DNA of 58,165 nucleotides, filler included, from Basidiobolus ranarum (Eukaryota), in the NCBI GenBank assembly GCA_040143965.1. It is 3 parts of 3 records of this genome, joined end to end, with 100 filler letters (N's around TTAATTAATTAA, not from the genome) between each part and the next. Parts side by side here need not be neighbours in the genome. Positions count along the whole stretch, not along the records: positions 38,894 to 58,165 come from JASJQH010007130.1; 2 more parts are not named here. One strand, 5' to 3'. Both the position numbers and the translations under genes were made by a program. Of the stretch, positions 38,894 to 51,398 are shown piece by piece. The notes beneath the pieces were generated by a model that was given only the letters and a program-made list of their open reading frames with translations, was not told where the DNA came from and made no database searches. How positions within the stretch are numbered: position 1 is the stretch's first letter; every line of letters starts with the position of its first letter.

Positions 38894-38980
38894 CTCAGTC
38901 ATGATAATGCTTTGCAATATCCACAAGCTGCCATTCTTTTTGATATCACCAAAGCCTTTGACTCAGTAGACAGATCATGG
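38894..38980 (+). mobile_element. Non-LTR retrotransposon (LINE) reverse transcriptase fragment
   Basis: Translates to QAAILFDITKAFDSVDRSW, matching the non-LTR RT motif hhDhxKAFDxV, at a contig edge. Confidence 0.7.
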
Positions 38981-39841
38981 GGTTTGCAAATATATACGAT
39001 AAGGAACTATCTCCTTAGAGCCGTGCCTAATTGAACCTTTTGCGAAGAAATTGGCCATATCAATTGAGATTCTAATAGGCTAGACCCAGAACTGACGGAA
39101 TGGCTCACGGATCCATTGTTGGCTTACTGAAACGAGCTGATTGTATATTCATTGATAATCAATTTGGTACATCACACTCCCAACCGGCTCTGCAATAAAA
39201 ACATATATGGCATGATATCATGGTGAACTCTGAATAATCAACTTGATCGAAGGCAGCCTCTCGGAATTGGATCAATTCGAAGACTGAAGTCGGCTTCCTC
39301 TTATGTCAAATGAAATTCCCATCAATTCTAGCCACACTGTATGCATGTGATCTAGGGGCCGAGCTAGAAAGAACATTGAACAATGCAACTCTAACCTGAC
39401 TCTGACTACTCCATTGATCACTAACAATTGGACAACTTGATGCCATTAATGTTGATCAAGAGTGTGCCTGGAAGAGTTCATTGGCTGCCATCGAATAACA
39501 GCGAGAAGTGAGACTGAAGAGCAGTAATGGATAATAAAATAGTGCAATGAGTGGAATTCGTAGTTTCTTTTTATTAGCAAGGCGTAGAATGCGATTTATC
39601 CTCTAGTTAAATTGGATTGGAAAATTTCTCCATTGGATTTCCATTTGCCAAATCAATACATATCAATTACACATATTGGTACATATAAATTAACGCTTGC
39701 TCACTTGACAGGCATTTTGGTCCTCATTAATCCATCTCTCTTTCGAGGCTACCGTTCGTGGAGTCTTTGTCTTTTACTGTCGTCCTCTCTTCAACATATT
39801 CGAATCACCACCTTTATATAGTTTGAGCTTTCTTTTTGAGG

Positions 39842-41141
39842 ATGAACAAAATCAAGGAGGTTCAGTTGATTGAGCTCGGTAACAAAGAGAGTGGCTTCGA
39901 AGGCTCCACTGTTTCGTCAAGTGGAAGCAGTGGGTTTAGTCTCGAAGAAAAACAAATACTTCCCCATGAGAAGTATCAGCTATACAGATTTGAAGATATT
40001 CCCGACTACTTGAAAGATAACCCATATATCCAAGCAAAGTACGTTTCTATTCTATTTGCGTTGCTTCGGTCCATAAAGTGAATCTAAACTGGATTTTTCT
40101 AATGACATAGATATCGAGCATATTACACCTACAGAGAAGCATTTGCAAGTCTGTTCCGGATTCACAACGAAACAGGTACGCTATAACTACAGAATCACTC
40201 GGGCTTCCTCGACCTCTCAGTCTCTAATATAATCATTTTCTCTATTGTAGGAAACATATGGACTCACTTGGCTGGCTTCCTAGTAGTCTTGTTACTGATT
40301 CTACCTATCCAATACAGTTTCTTTCTGCCGCAGGAGGCTAGTGTATGGGATCGTGTGATATTTGCTTTGTATTTACTAAGTGCAGCCAAATGTCTTCTGT
40401 GCTCCTCACTGTTTCATCTGTTTATTGGATGCTCTAGAGATGCATTTAAAAAATGGGGTTGTTGGGACTATAGCGGAATCAGTACTTTAATTTGTGGATG
40501 TTACTGTATTGTTGTTTACTATGTAAGTGTGATCTATGATATATGTGTGATGAGGACATCCCAATTTAAGTTGAGTTTTTTGATTGTAGTGTTTTTATTG
40601 CGAGACTTTGATGCGTAATATTTTCCTCGGAGTTATTTTTGCCGTAAATTTCACTGGAATAATTGGGCCGCAAACCTCTGCTTGGTCTGAGCCATGGTTC
40701 CGTTTATTCCGTGCAGGTATCTACTTGGTGTGCGGAGTAGTAAGCACAGTGCCCATATTGTACTGGCTAGGTAAATATGGTGTACCCTCCACTATGGAGT
40801 TGGGGAATGCTACCAATGTATTAGGAATCGGGTGGGGGAGCCTTTTTGCCTTAGAGATGTGTATCTGGTTAGCTGGAGTCGCGGTGTATGCATGGAGGTT
40901 TCCAGAATGGTAATTAACATAGAAACGCACCCATTGCATGTTTTCAATACTAACATATCTACCCCGTAGCTATCTCCCTGGAAAATGCGATATCTTATTC
41001 CACTCGCATCAAATTTGGCACACCCTCATTGTGCTTGGGGTACTCGTACATTATCAACTATCACTGCAACTGCTGAAGTGGCGTTTATCTGGTGTTCCAG
41101 GCGGTGGCTGCCCTGTGCGGTCTTCATTGCTAGCCGGATAA
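39842..41141 (+). CDS. PAQR (hemolysin-III / Izh / AdipoR-like) membrane protein; multi-exon
   Basis: IPDYLKDNPYIQAKYR, SLFRIHNETGNIWTH, CSSLFHLF, WDYSGI, RFPE..PGKCDILFHSHQIWH. Confidence 0.93.
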
Positions 41142-44094
41142 CCCGTCATGTTGATGAATGAAACTGTCGTCTCCTATTTCATCATTGAAAAGGTTCATTT
41201 CCTTTATTTATCAGTTTTGAATCGTACGTTACTTGAATTCGAATCCTAAGACTAAATATTGCCGTATTTTTAAATGACTACGAAATTATGAACATTCCCA
41301 ATTAGATGTATGTACCGATGATTTTGTACATAGCATTGGAAACCGCAAAACCCCTTCAAAGAAGTAATTGTTCCTGGTGTATCCCATCTTTAGGGAACAC
41401 TTTCTAGTTCGGTTTATGCAGAAGGGTTAATTTCAGTTTTGTAATAAACTTTACTAGATTTGATTTCTCGCAATAACGTCTGAACCTCAATCAAGCGGGT
41501 CTTGTCTGTGGCTTCAAGATCCATGATTTCCCGTCCATAGACACATGATGCTTCATGAAGCTGCGATATGGACTATTTTAGGACCAAACAGGCAAGACTG
41601 GCCAATAGATATCACGGGGTACCGATACCAAACAACTACTCGTCTGTCTATTGGATACAGGCGTCGCAACAATGGCCATTCTCTATGACATCTCGAAAGC
41701 CCTCCATGAGTTTGGAATGGGGTCAGGATTCACATCAGTTACCTGATTTGCTGAACTGTCTAAATATGATGATGATGTGGCGACTCATAGTTACTGTATA
41801 TTTTCAATTTATTTGATCACTTTAAAAAGATTAAGCTTAAGCGAATCGGGTACTCTCCTTACTGTCAAATCGAGATGATCCGGTTAATTCAGGGCAATTG
41901 TTGAAATTAGGATCCAATGAATACAATGTAGGCCATGTATTACCTCGACGTTGCCAATAGGGTTACTGTCTTTGTAGAAGCATGGCTAGCGATCAGAATA
42001 TTTCTCATTGTACTATATTCAGGCTTATTGCGATTTCCAAGTAACTATAGGTGAGCACAGGTGTACCATGACAACTTCGAGAGCTTGAGAAAGAGCGTAG
42101 GTGTATCACTATCAGTAGCAATTACCAAAGGAAGCTCTGTGTAAGACAGAAACCTGATTGTTAACGACACATTTGGACTAATCAAGTGTGGGTATGTAAC
42201 TTGCGTACGTGTCTATTGGAGACATAATTCCAGCTCTTTGGGACCATGCAGCTCATTCGAATTGGTACTCACAGTGTGTTAGTTGACACAACCGCCACAT
42301 AATTCGGTAGAGTATACTCAAGCAAATCCAATTTCATTTCTACTCCATAATAGCCTTTCTCAATTCGTTATTCTTAGTTATTTCATATGTCGCGTTTCTA
42401 TCTAACCAGTAGGAAAAAGAATCATTGAGCTCTTGAATGCGATGATTGTTTATTCATCGTAGTATGCCAAAGCCAGAATCCGCCACATCTACTTTAGGCA
42501 TCTTAGCTGGACTATTCGGATTCGTGGAAAATACTGTTTTAATGACCACTACATTGTGAATATTCAAGTTCCACTAGATTCCCTCGCTTCCATTATGTCT
42601 TGATCACTTTTCAAAATCATCCCCTCTATACTCGTCTTGGAATTCTAGGTTGGTTCACTGATTACACTGGCTATTGTGGTATCTTGCTAACTTATTCCTC
42701 GGTATTCAGTACGGTTCGGTATTGATGTAGTGAGACTTACTTTCGATTTGATCAGATCTTTCTATCAAACATGTATTGATTTGTGTAGCCAATTAGTAAC
42801 TAATATACAGATTACTCATCGAGTGTCCGACAAATGAAAATAGGCTATTCTAAGCCTGTATTGGTGCGAATATTCATGATTCGTAGTTTTCTCCTTCGAA
42901 ATATCTACTAATCTATCGTTCAGAGACTAGGTAGAATATGATGTAGTTAGCATGGTATCTACCAGATATTATATAACTTATATTGGATGCTAAATTCACG
43001 AATATATATGAATGGGCAATAAGTGACAATATTATTAGGGGATATAATAATATCAGACACTCTCAGGCCATGATTATAAAAGCGATGATGATAATGAGGG
43101 GAGCAAATCATCAAGTGATAAACTGAATTCTAGAAACCTGAAAGATCATGGTACTGATAGTTGTGGTTTTTTTAATCCCCCCTGAGGAAAATCATGATAG
43201 TGCTTGATTCATCATGAAGTGAAAGCTTTGAAGTAGGTTACTTATGGTGAGTTTAAGGAAATAAAACCTTGAGTGTAATCAATCTTCAGTGATTACTGAA
43301 ATATTGGAATTAAGCACCTAACTATCCATAAAGTACATTTAGCATATTACATGCTTATTCAGCTAGGTTTTCCTAAATCTAAATCATCACATATATTTGA
43401 GATATGTTTGACAAATGTCAGAAATGATAGAAATTTAAAACTAATCTAAACCTCCCTGGACCATAACTCCCATTATCCAAACACCCTAAAAGCACATTCC
43501 TGCTGCTCTCTTTCTCTTCATTTTAACACAATACACAACTTTCATTCAGTATAATAGCAAGTGCAAAGTACATGTTTCTGATTATACTAAACTTTTGACT
43601 CATCCCAAACACTGACAATAGTTATAAGAAGTGATGCTTTTAGTTACTAAAAACTCACTATATCTTATCTTCACTCAGGTGTCAAAAATATTTTAATAAT
43701 GGAGTAAAATACCAAAGATTCAAACACTGGACTTAGCATATACTTAAATACTTGTTCCATATATCACAAAGTTGATCTAGACCAGGAGCAAGCCAGTGAA
43801 CAAAAAGGTGAAAGGCAAGAATATTGCAAGGTACTTCATATTGGCCACTAGACAGGATAACATCATGCTGGAAAAGACACTTCCACCAGAAGCACTATTG
43901 ATAGCAGTGTTGATCAGATTTCCACCTGACATTAAGCCTTTACCTTATACAAATATACTGCAAGAAGCTTGCTTAGATGGGTTTAAGGGATAGCTAATCC
44001 AAGATTGGAGTGTGTATTGAAGGTCAGGTGATGTATTGATATTTGAATAAAGATCATCTTGTTAGTATAAATTATTCCATATGGTGTGGATATA

Positions 44095-44208
44095 TGTTGA
44101 AAATGACATAGCCTAAGCATCTATAATGTTATATAGCTAGCTGAGTTTCACTATGCTATTACCTAATATATGTTGAAATTAGCATTGTGTAAACACTTAT
44201 AGAGTCAT
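44095..44208 (+). mobile_element. Two truncated/diverged LTR 5' ends (starting 44095 and 44171) related to the 320-bp LTR family
   Basis: TGTTGAAATTAGCATTGTGTAAACACTTATAGAGTCAT at 44171 resembles the LTR start at 44590; weaker match TGTTGAAAATGACATAGCCTAAGCATCTATA at 44095. Confidence 0.6.
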
Positions 44209-44522
44209 TGTTGGATAATTAATCTTTACTCAACATCTTAGTTAGCTTTAATTATGATACATATATCAAAAACAGAAAGCAATGTATCAATAGCCCCTAT
44301 ATTCTAAATAGGAATATCTCTATATCTAAATTACAAGTATGTCTTATTACCCCACTATCTATTATATCTTATTACACAGACTCCTGAATATCTCAAACAG
44401 TGGATTTACTTCTCTACTATATAAGTCACCATATTCTCTTAAGAATAAAGTAACCAAAAACATCATCATAAGTTGCCTCTAATATACAAAGTCTACCCCC
44501 ATTATGTCAAGATCCTCCAACA
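44209..44522 (+). mobile_element. Probable solo LTR of a second family (314 bp)
   Basis: Termini TGTTGGA...TCCAACA (7-bp inverted), internal TATATAA and AATAAA. No matching TSD. Confidence 0.6.
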
Positions 44523-44589
44523 AATAAATAGCTCAATGCTTCAAATACTATGTACACTGCATATGTAATACATTGAATTAGTGACTTTC

Positions 44590-44909
44590 TGTTGAAATTA
44601 GCATTGCCTAAACACCTATATAGTCATATATAGCTTAGTACTTAGTTATCTTATAATGAACTAAGATATTATCCATTATTCTCAATTGGAATTTACTTAG
44701 AAGTTCTCAGATATATAGATTTTTCAAAGAAGCCCCAAACTTTGCACACATGTTCCTGGGACCTTCCTTAACACATTCTACATGTTAGTTTGTTTATATC
44801 TTGACAAAACTATAAATGTCAACTTTCTACTCAATAAATCGATAAGTGAAAACCACCAATTCCTCTAATTCTCCAAACCACTTCCAACAGGCTCCCAAAT
44901 ACTTTAACA
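44590..44909 (+). mobile_element. Solo LTR (320 bp) with 5-bp TSD CTTTC
   Basis: TGTTGAAA...TTTAACA termini; CTTTC at 44585-44589 and 44910-44914; near-identical inverted copy at 54023-54342. Confidence 0.9.
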
Positions 44910-45880
44910 CTTTCCACCTGACTTCAATTGAAGATAGCAGCAGCTAGAGTATGTTGCTCTAGTGGAAGGGAATTCACTAGAATTGTACTACGATTTCATT
45001 TTGAAATTTTCTACTAAAGAAATACCTACCTATACTGTTTAGCATGATCATCATCGATGCTCCTGTATTCATCATTGAAGCCCTTACTAATCGATTTAGA
45101 CATGTAGTCTAGAAATAGTATGCGAAATATTCAGATGAAGGTATCCCGTTGCGTTTCATACCTGCACTTATATTAAAGTTTGGTGACTAGAATGTTGGGT
45201 AATTAAGAAAGAGAACATCAACTACAGTTGCTCTTACGGTGAGTGTAGCAGTAGCATTCTAACTTGGGGTTAGGTTTACTGAAGCTTGGATTGGCCCTGC
45301 ATATTCGAAGGACAGTTGTACCACATTCTAAATGGTGGGAATTTCATACCACTACTATATGCTATTTATAGACCACTATCAATTTTGCGAGCGAAGAATC
45401 TCAGTAAAGGCAACATACCTTAAGAGGTTGCTTCAAATCATATTAAGGATATATATATGCCCAAGGAGAATTAGTGAGTCTAAGAGTGGGCATGCTTCAA
45501 TAATTGGGGATTTTTGCCATTAATTACCATACCACCGATACTTTGACTACAACATATCAATTTTTATCCTCCTCACCTTCAGACATATCCTTACAGTTAT
45601 CTATTCATAATATTCCTTTTCGTCAAGGAAATTTGATCCAGTTTATACGAGATCAAATAGTGAGCTACTAAAATGCAATCTATTCAAGTAATTACCAAGT
45701 GTGAAAATGTGTATTTTAGGTTTGTGTTACGTATTACTTTCTTGATTCTCTGTTACATCAAACCATAGGATTGAACAAACATAAAACCTTCTGATTGGAA
45801 AAATACTTCATGGTAAAATTATTCTCTTTTATATTAATTGGCTAAATGAACGAATACAGTATGCATCGTAGCAGAGATGC

Positions 45881-46936
45881 TTACAGTAAGAATGCACTAA
45901 GTGAAAGTAAGGAAATAATTAGCAAGGCTTGTTGAATAGCATTGATATTCGACTCTGAAGTTACTGGTAATGCAGCGATGGAAATTGATGGGGTAGAGGC
46001 TGCAGTCGTAGTAGCCGAGATATTGAGAGTACCACTAGGAATGGTGCTAGCAATAGTAGCATTTCCCTGATACGGTGACAGATTAATGCACTCATGGGCC
46101 AGAACAAAGGTGAAATTATTTTGTAACAGCAGTGCTTCTATGGATGGTACCTCCTTTACTGTGTCAATATATATATCGTGTTGTAGGGACACAAATCCTG
46201 GATCATTGTGAGCGTTTAGTGAAGTACCATTAGCCAACGCTGAACGAAAAGAATCTAATATTAGACTTGGACTTTCTTTCTTGGCAATGATATCCCAATC
46301 TAGAGTATCCATATTCCACAGCAGATTACGATAGCCCATGGCCCTGAATATGGCTTTCACGCGATCATCAGCCTCTCCATATGGAGGCCGAATGAATGCT
46401 GGCTTTTCACCTGTAATATTAACGATGGCATCTTCGGTAGCTCGTACTTCAGCAACGATTTGATCGTTGGTAAGAGACATTAAATGTGGATGTGACCATG
46501 AATGCGAGGCAATTTGATGGCCTTCATTGAAAGCTCTCTTTACAGCATCTGGGAACTGAACCACTTGAGAACCAATCATTAGGAATGTGGCTTTTACTTT
46601 GGCTGACGCTAGAATATCTAACAATTGCATAGTATAGTTTGATGGTCCATCATCAAAAGATAATGCCCACTTTCCAGCGGTGCACCCATAAACATCATCG
46701 GGTAGAGCACAATTACCACAGCTTTCCCAACACTTGTCACAGTCAGTAGGGCCACAAGGAGAATTAGCGCAGGTACCCGAGCCTACTTTTTTGGGACTAA
46801 TGTTAGGCACTTTGGATAAATCATATTGCTTTGTCCATTGAGGATTAATGGTAGCCAACGTGCCAGATGCCGCCTCTTGGGACTGAGCAAGGTCAGCGAA
46901 GATTGTAAGACTGAGTGATAAGAAGGAAACTCTCAT
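45881..46936 (-). CDS. Chitin deacetylase (CE4/NodB), secreted, probably GPI-anchored
   Basis: Signal peptide; LSFDDGP, HSWSHP, RPPYG, WNMDTLDW, LQHD; Ser/Thr linker and hydrophobic C-terminus. Confidence 0.95.
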   Translation of the reverse strand: MRVSFLSLSLTIFADLAQSQEAASGTLATINPQWTKQYDLSKVPNISPKKVGSGTCANSPCGPTDCDKCWESCGNCALPDDVYGCTAGKWALSFDDGPSNYTMQLLDILASAKVKATFLMIGSQVVQFPDAVKRAFNEGHQIASHSWSHPHLMSLTNDQIVAEVRATEDAIVNITGEKPAFIRPPYGEADDRVKAIFRAMGYRNLLWNMDTLDWDIIAKKESPSLILDSFRSALANGTSLNAHNDPGFVSLQHDIYIDTVKEVPSIEALLLQNNFTFVLAHECINLSPYQGNATIASTIPSGTLNISATTTAASTPSISIAALPVTSESNINAIQQALLIISLLSLSAFLL

Positions 46937-48354
46937 ATTCTATGATGAATGGACTATGTTTTACTGTGATGCACGTAAGATGTAGAGGATTTATGTGTAA
47001 GAGAACCGATACTGTGAAGTGGAACTCAAATTGATGATTTTTGGATTCGGCTCCATCCTCTTTTATTTGAGGTTGTTAAGGAGATTCGTTTCTTCTGAAA
47101 TTGCTAGATTCATGAATTTCGCGCAAGTTATGCATTGCTTGCATTCGCGTAGCTTCTTCCTAACTCTCTTTTCTTGGAGGTTGTAGTCGGCTTTTTCATA
47201 TTCCAGGAATCCTCCAATGAGAGAACTGATATAGGTGGTTGTATTGGTTTACACGATATTACTATTAAACATGTAATTACCAAGGCATCCACTAAGGATA
47301 CTGAAACCTACTGGCTATGTCAGAGCATGTCAACTCCTCGCTTCCAAATATAGTATATTCAAGTTAAGTGGCGATCAAGCGAAATGTTTAACAATCTATC
47401 ACTCATCTTCATCAATTCCAATTTTCCATAACAGACACTGAGTGCGAAGCCCACTGGGTAATTCGTATGAATCTACAAGTGAGTTACGCCTTTCCATTCA
47501 TGTGGATGGCAGGTATTCTATGAAGGAAGGGTTTAACTCTGGCCCTGCTAGTGAGACTCTATAAGGAAGGGGTAAATAAAAATGTAAGATATGTTCAAAA
47601 GAACAATCAAAAGTCTGAGATTCTTAGTATCGTATTGGGGTTCATTCTGTTCCTTAACTTTAAGCTAATTGCAATCTCCTAGGATCAGTTAGCCACGCAT
47701 ATATCATTCTTTAGATTCGGGAAGGGTTTAAGCGGACTTGCAAAGTCCTTTTTCCGTAAGTATTGCTATGTATTCGCGAATTTAAGTGCCGTTTAAGACA
47801 TCACTAAAACCAGTTCATTAAGCGATAGTGAGAGTTTTTTCATTCTGCTTTCAGAAAACAATACAAATGTATATTTACACCGCGTAGTTTAAGGTTAATA
47901 TCGTAATAGATGATCAGTCCTCCTAGAGATTGTTTACGTGGTTTAAGTCAAGACACTCAAATTTGGGTTTGAGAAATGTAGAAATAAGGACAGATGAGTA
48001 TCTCTAAACATCAACACTGAAGTAGGATGAGCGGCATATGATCTGGGCTCTGCTTTGCAAAATTGAATCCTTTTGATAGATAAAGTGGAACGGCCGCAAT
48101 CCTACTTTGACATTTGGCTTTTGTATTGATTGAAAAGTAGTGTTGATCAAGAGCCTCAGTAAGTTTTACTGTCATTTATTTTGGTTCAAAAGGATAGATG
48201 GTAATATTTATGATACTTGATTTGATATAGCCTTGTGTATGAGATTGAGCATCAATGGAAAGCATTCATGGAGCTTTTCATTGAGGTAGAGTAACAAAGA
48301 AATAATGAAAATGATGTACGTGAGTGTTGGCATGTTAATGCATGATTCAATGAT

Positions 48355-49455
48355 TCAAATAAACGTGAGAGATGTGTATAGAGTAGCCAAGAGTAAAAAT
48401 CCCAGAGAAACCGGATTGTTTGACCCTCCGGATAATTCATTAGCTGGGGATATAGCTACTAGATTAGCATACTTTACGATGGAAGTGGCATTTACAGTTG
48501 AAATGGTAGTAGATGTACTTGTGGTAGAGGTGGCCGTAGAGTCAGCATTCACTGGTTTTGAGTTAACCGTAGTTTGACTAGAGCTTTGATACATTGGGAG
48601 GTTGTTGCACTCATTTGCGAGAACAAAATGAAAATTACTCTGCAACAAGAGTTTCTCTACATTTGGTGTCTGTTTAACAGTGTCGATGTAGATATCGTGT
48701 TGCAGGGAGATAAATCCTGGATCATCGTGTGCGTTTAGATCAGTTCCTTTAGCCAGAGCCTGCTTGAAGGATTCAAGGATCAGGCTGGGATTTTCCTTTT
48801 TATCAGCTATATCCCAGTCTAACGTGTCCATATTCCATAGTAAAGTGTGATAGCCCATTGCTTTAAAAATGGCTTTGACTCGATTGTCAGCTTCTCCGTA
48901 TGGAGGACGAATAAAAGCCGGTTTGACACCGGTAATGTTAACTATCACATCTTCAGTGGCTCGTACTTCGGCCACAATCTGATCGTTTGTGAGGGACATC
49001 AAGTGAGGATGAGACCATGAGTGAGATGCAATCAGATGGCCTTCATCGTAAGCTCTCTTGACCACATCTGGAAACTGAACAATGTTCGATCCGATCATCA
49101 AAAATGTAGCTTTAACTTTGGCTGCAGCAAGGATATCAAGTAATTGTGTAGTATATTGAGAGGGACCATCATCAAATGTCAAAGCCCACTCTCCTGCTTG
49201 GCATCCGTAAATATCTTCAGGCAAAGCACAATTTCCACAGCTTTCCCAGCATTTTTCGCAATCATCTGGACCACATTGTGAATTTTTGCAGGTACCCGAA
49301 CCAACCGGTTTAGGTGCAATATCCGGAACTGATGATAAGTCATATTGCTTTGACCAACTTGGATCAGAATGAGCCAGAGCGGTAGTCCCAGCCTCTTGAG
49401 CCAATGTTATTGAAGTAAAGGCCAAGATAGAAAACCATGCAATCTGTGACTTCAT
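48355..49455 (-). CDS. Chitin deacetylase (CE4/NodB), tandem paralog, probably GPI-anchored
   Basis: LTFDDGP, HSWSHP, RPPYG, DTLDW, LQHD; same architecture as its neighbour. Confidence 0.95.
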   Translation of the reverse strand: MKSQIAWFSILAFTSITLAQEAGTTALAHSDPSWSKQYDLSSVPDIAPKPVGSGTCKNSQCGPDDCEKCWESCGNCALPEDIYGCQAGEWALTFDDGPSQYTTQLLDILAAAKVKATFLMIGSNIVQFPDVVKRAYDEGHLIASHSWSHPHLMSLTNDQIVAEVRATEDVIVNITGVKPAFIRPPYGEADNRVKAIFKAMGYHTLLWNMDTLDWDIADKKENPSLILESFKQALAKGTDLNAHDDPGFISLQHDIYIDTVKQTPNVEKLLLQSNFHFVLANECNNLPMYQSSSQTTVNSKPVNADSTATSTTSTSTTISTVNATSIVKYANLVAISPANELSGGSNNPVSLGFLLLATLYTSLTFI

Positions 49456-51398
49456 ATTTTGTATCTGAGTTTGGAGGCTTTGATATGAATTCTAGCATAT
49501 CTGGATTCCCCTTTATATATACCTTCTGCTACGAGCATCTCTACCATAATGTGGGCTTATACTGGTGTAAACTAATAGGCTAGGCTTTGGTGGTCCCTGG
49601 TAACCCAAGTTGCGCCCGTTATCACTTGAATTAGGAGCGATGTCATAACCTATCTCCTGCTACATGTAGTTTAACTAGGATTCAGATTTATTTGGGTATG
49701 TTAATTTTTGCCATCGAGTATAGTTGTATCAGGGAGGTCTGCAATATCTCTATAGAATCAGAAAGTGTAAACATTAGGCTAATAAGACCAAGTTTTGATA
49801 CTTCTCTTGATTCTATCATCTTGCTATTTGAGCGCTCTGGATAGGCTGTATTCTAATTGGAATATTGGTTTCAGGGGTACCTTGAGTATATATATTTACT
49901 ACCATCGACTCCATTATTGTGTGATTGGCGCTAAAAGATCCCAATTTCCCAGGGTATTCCAACAGTACTAGTTAGAGCAACACAACATCCAAAATACAAC
50001 ATAAACAAAGCAATCTAGTTCAACATCCTCAGGTTCAAACAACAGATCGATTGGCTTTTACTACAAATGAGATTCAATTATGGGGGTGTACCTTTAGATT
50101 AGGCTTAGTCCGTACGAATTACCATAATTACAATACAGTAATGCGCACAACTTGGTTTGATTCAAATCTGTAGCCAGGTTAGAATATAATATTGCCAACC
50201 GTTGTAGTCAGTATTTGGTGATACTGCATAAAACGGTTCAAATCAGAAGAACAAGATACTGCATGACGTACTCTTATCTTCAAGGTAGTAAAGATCACCC
50301 ATATACAACTTTCGATATGGCTACTATAGTCAACTCCAAATTGAGCAGTATTCGGTCTATAACTTCGTTCACATCACACTCGACCAGCTATACTTGTCGT
50401 TAGGAAATGGGCCATCAGGCAATTGAAGTGCATGATATCTTGTGAGAATCTGATTTAAGAGAGATGACTGCCATGAACAATGAGAAATTTGTCATGTGTA
50501 ATCCATGTAAGTTGTGGTTAAAGAGCTTTTCCACCAATCAAGAGATTGGAATTTTTCTCAAACTGCATGAATTCATGATGTTCCCAAGTACTCGCGAAAC
50601 CAAGTATTACAAGGAGTGTAACGTGCCTGAGCTCCATAATAATTCGATTAATTTCAATCTGTGACCATTTATGTATTCCAAAACAACTACCGATTTTCCA
50701 ATGGGGTAACCATCAAGGGTAACAATCACAGGACCTGTGGCTCGAATAAAATGGCTGCATCTGAATATCAGGACTGATGTGTCAGCCAAGAGTAAAATAG
50801 GACACGTAAGAGTTCGCACGGATCTCAGACATGACTTGATCAAAAAGTAGAGACTTGTACCTGTTGATCTGTTGATGCTTTACTGAACCACCCTCAAGTT
50901 CATGCGAGTTGAAGAGAGCCACATGCGATATGAACTCTTCAACAGCAACCTTGTAGGGTGGCTTAGCAGGTGGTATGTTGGGGATTCTAGTGGTAATGAC
51001 ACCTACTTTTTTTGTTCAAAATAAAGGGACATCGAATATGTGTGGGAGCAGGCGTGCATTCCATTTACACCAAATCAATCCAATATATTCATTTCATGTG
51101 GTGAACTTTTCTGATCCAAAACCTGGCCTATTCTGATGCTATGTTCTTACATACTTGTCTGAACACCAGTATAAGGCAGGCTCTTTTAGCTTTTCGTAAT
51201 CGAATCACGGGACACACCAGGTTCCATGATCTATACATCAATTATGTGGTTATCAGTGGTGTACCCATTGCATTTAGTTTAAAAGTATGACCTCGCCCTG
51301 TAGATAAATCCAACTCTCTTTACTTTTTTTACTATCTTTGTAGTTGGACAGTAGCTGTGAATACTTACTCAGATATATTTTCCTTTTTTTGCATTCAA

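Noticed and set aside
43796-43993. 65-aa ORF faintly resembling retrotransposon gag
   Set aside because: No diagnostic motif and surrounded by stops; unsupported without a profile search.
50607-50843. ORF containing VVVLEYINGHRL, reminiscent of a kinase hinge
   Set aside because: No other kinase motifs nearby; likely chance.
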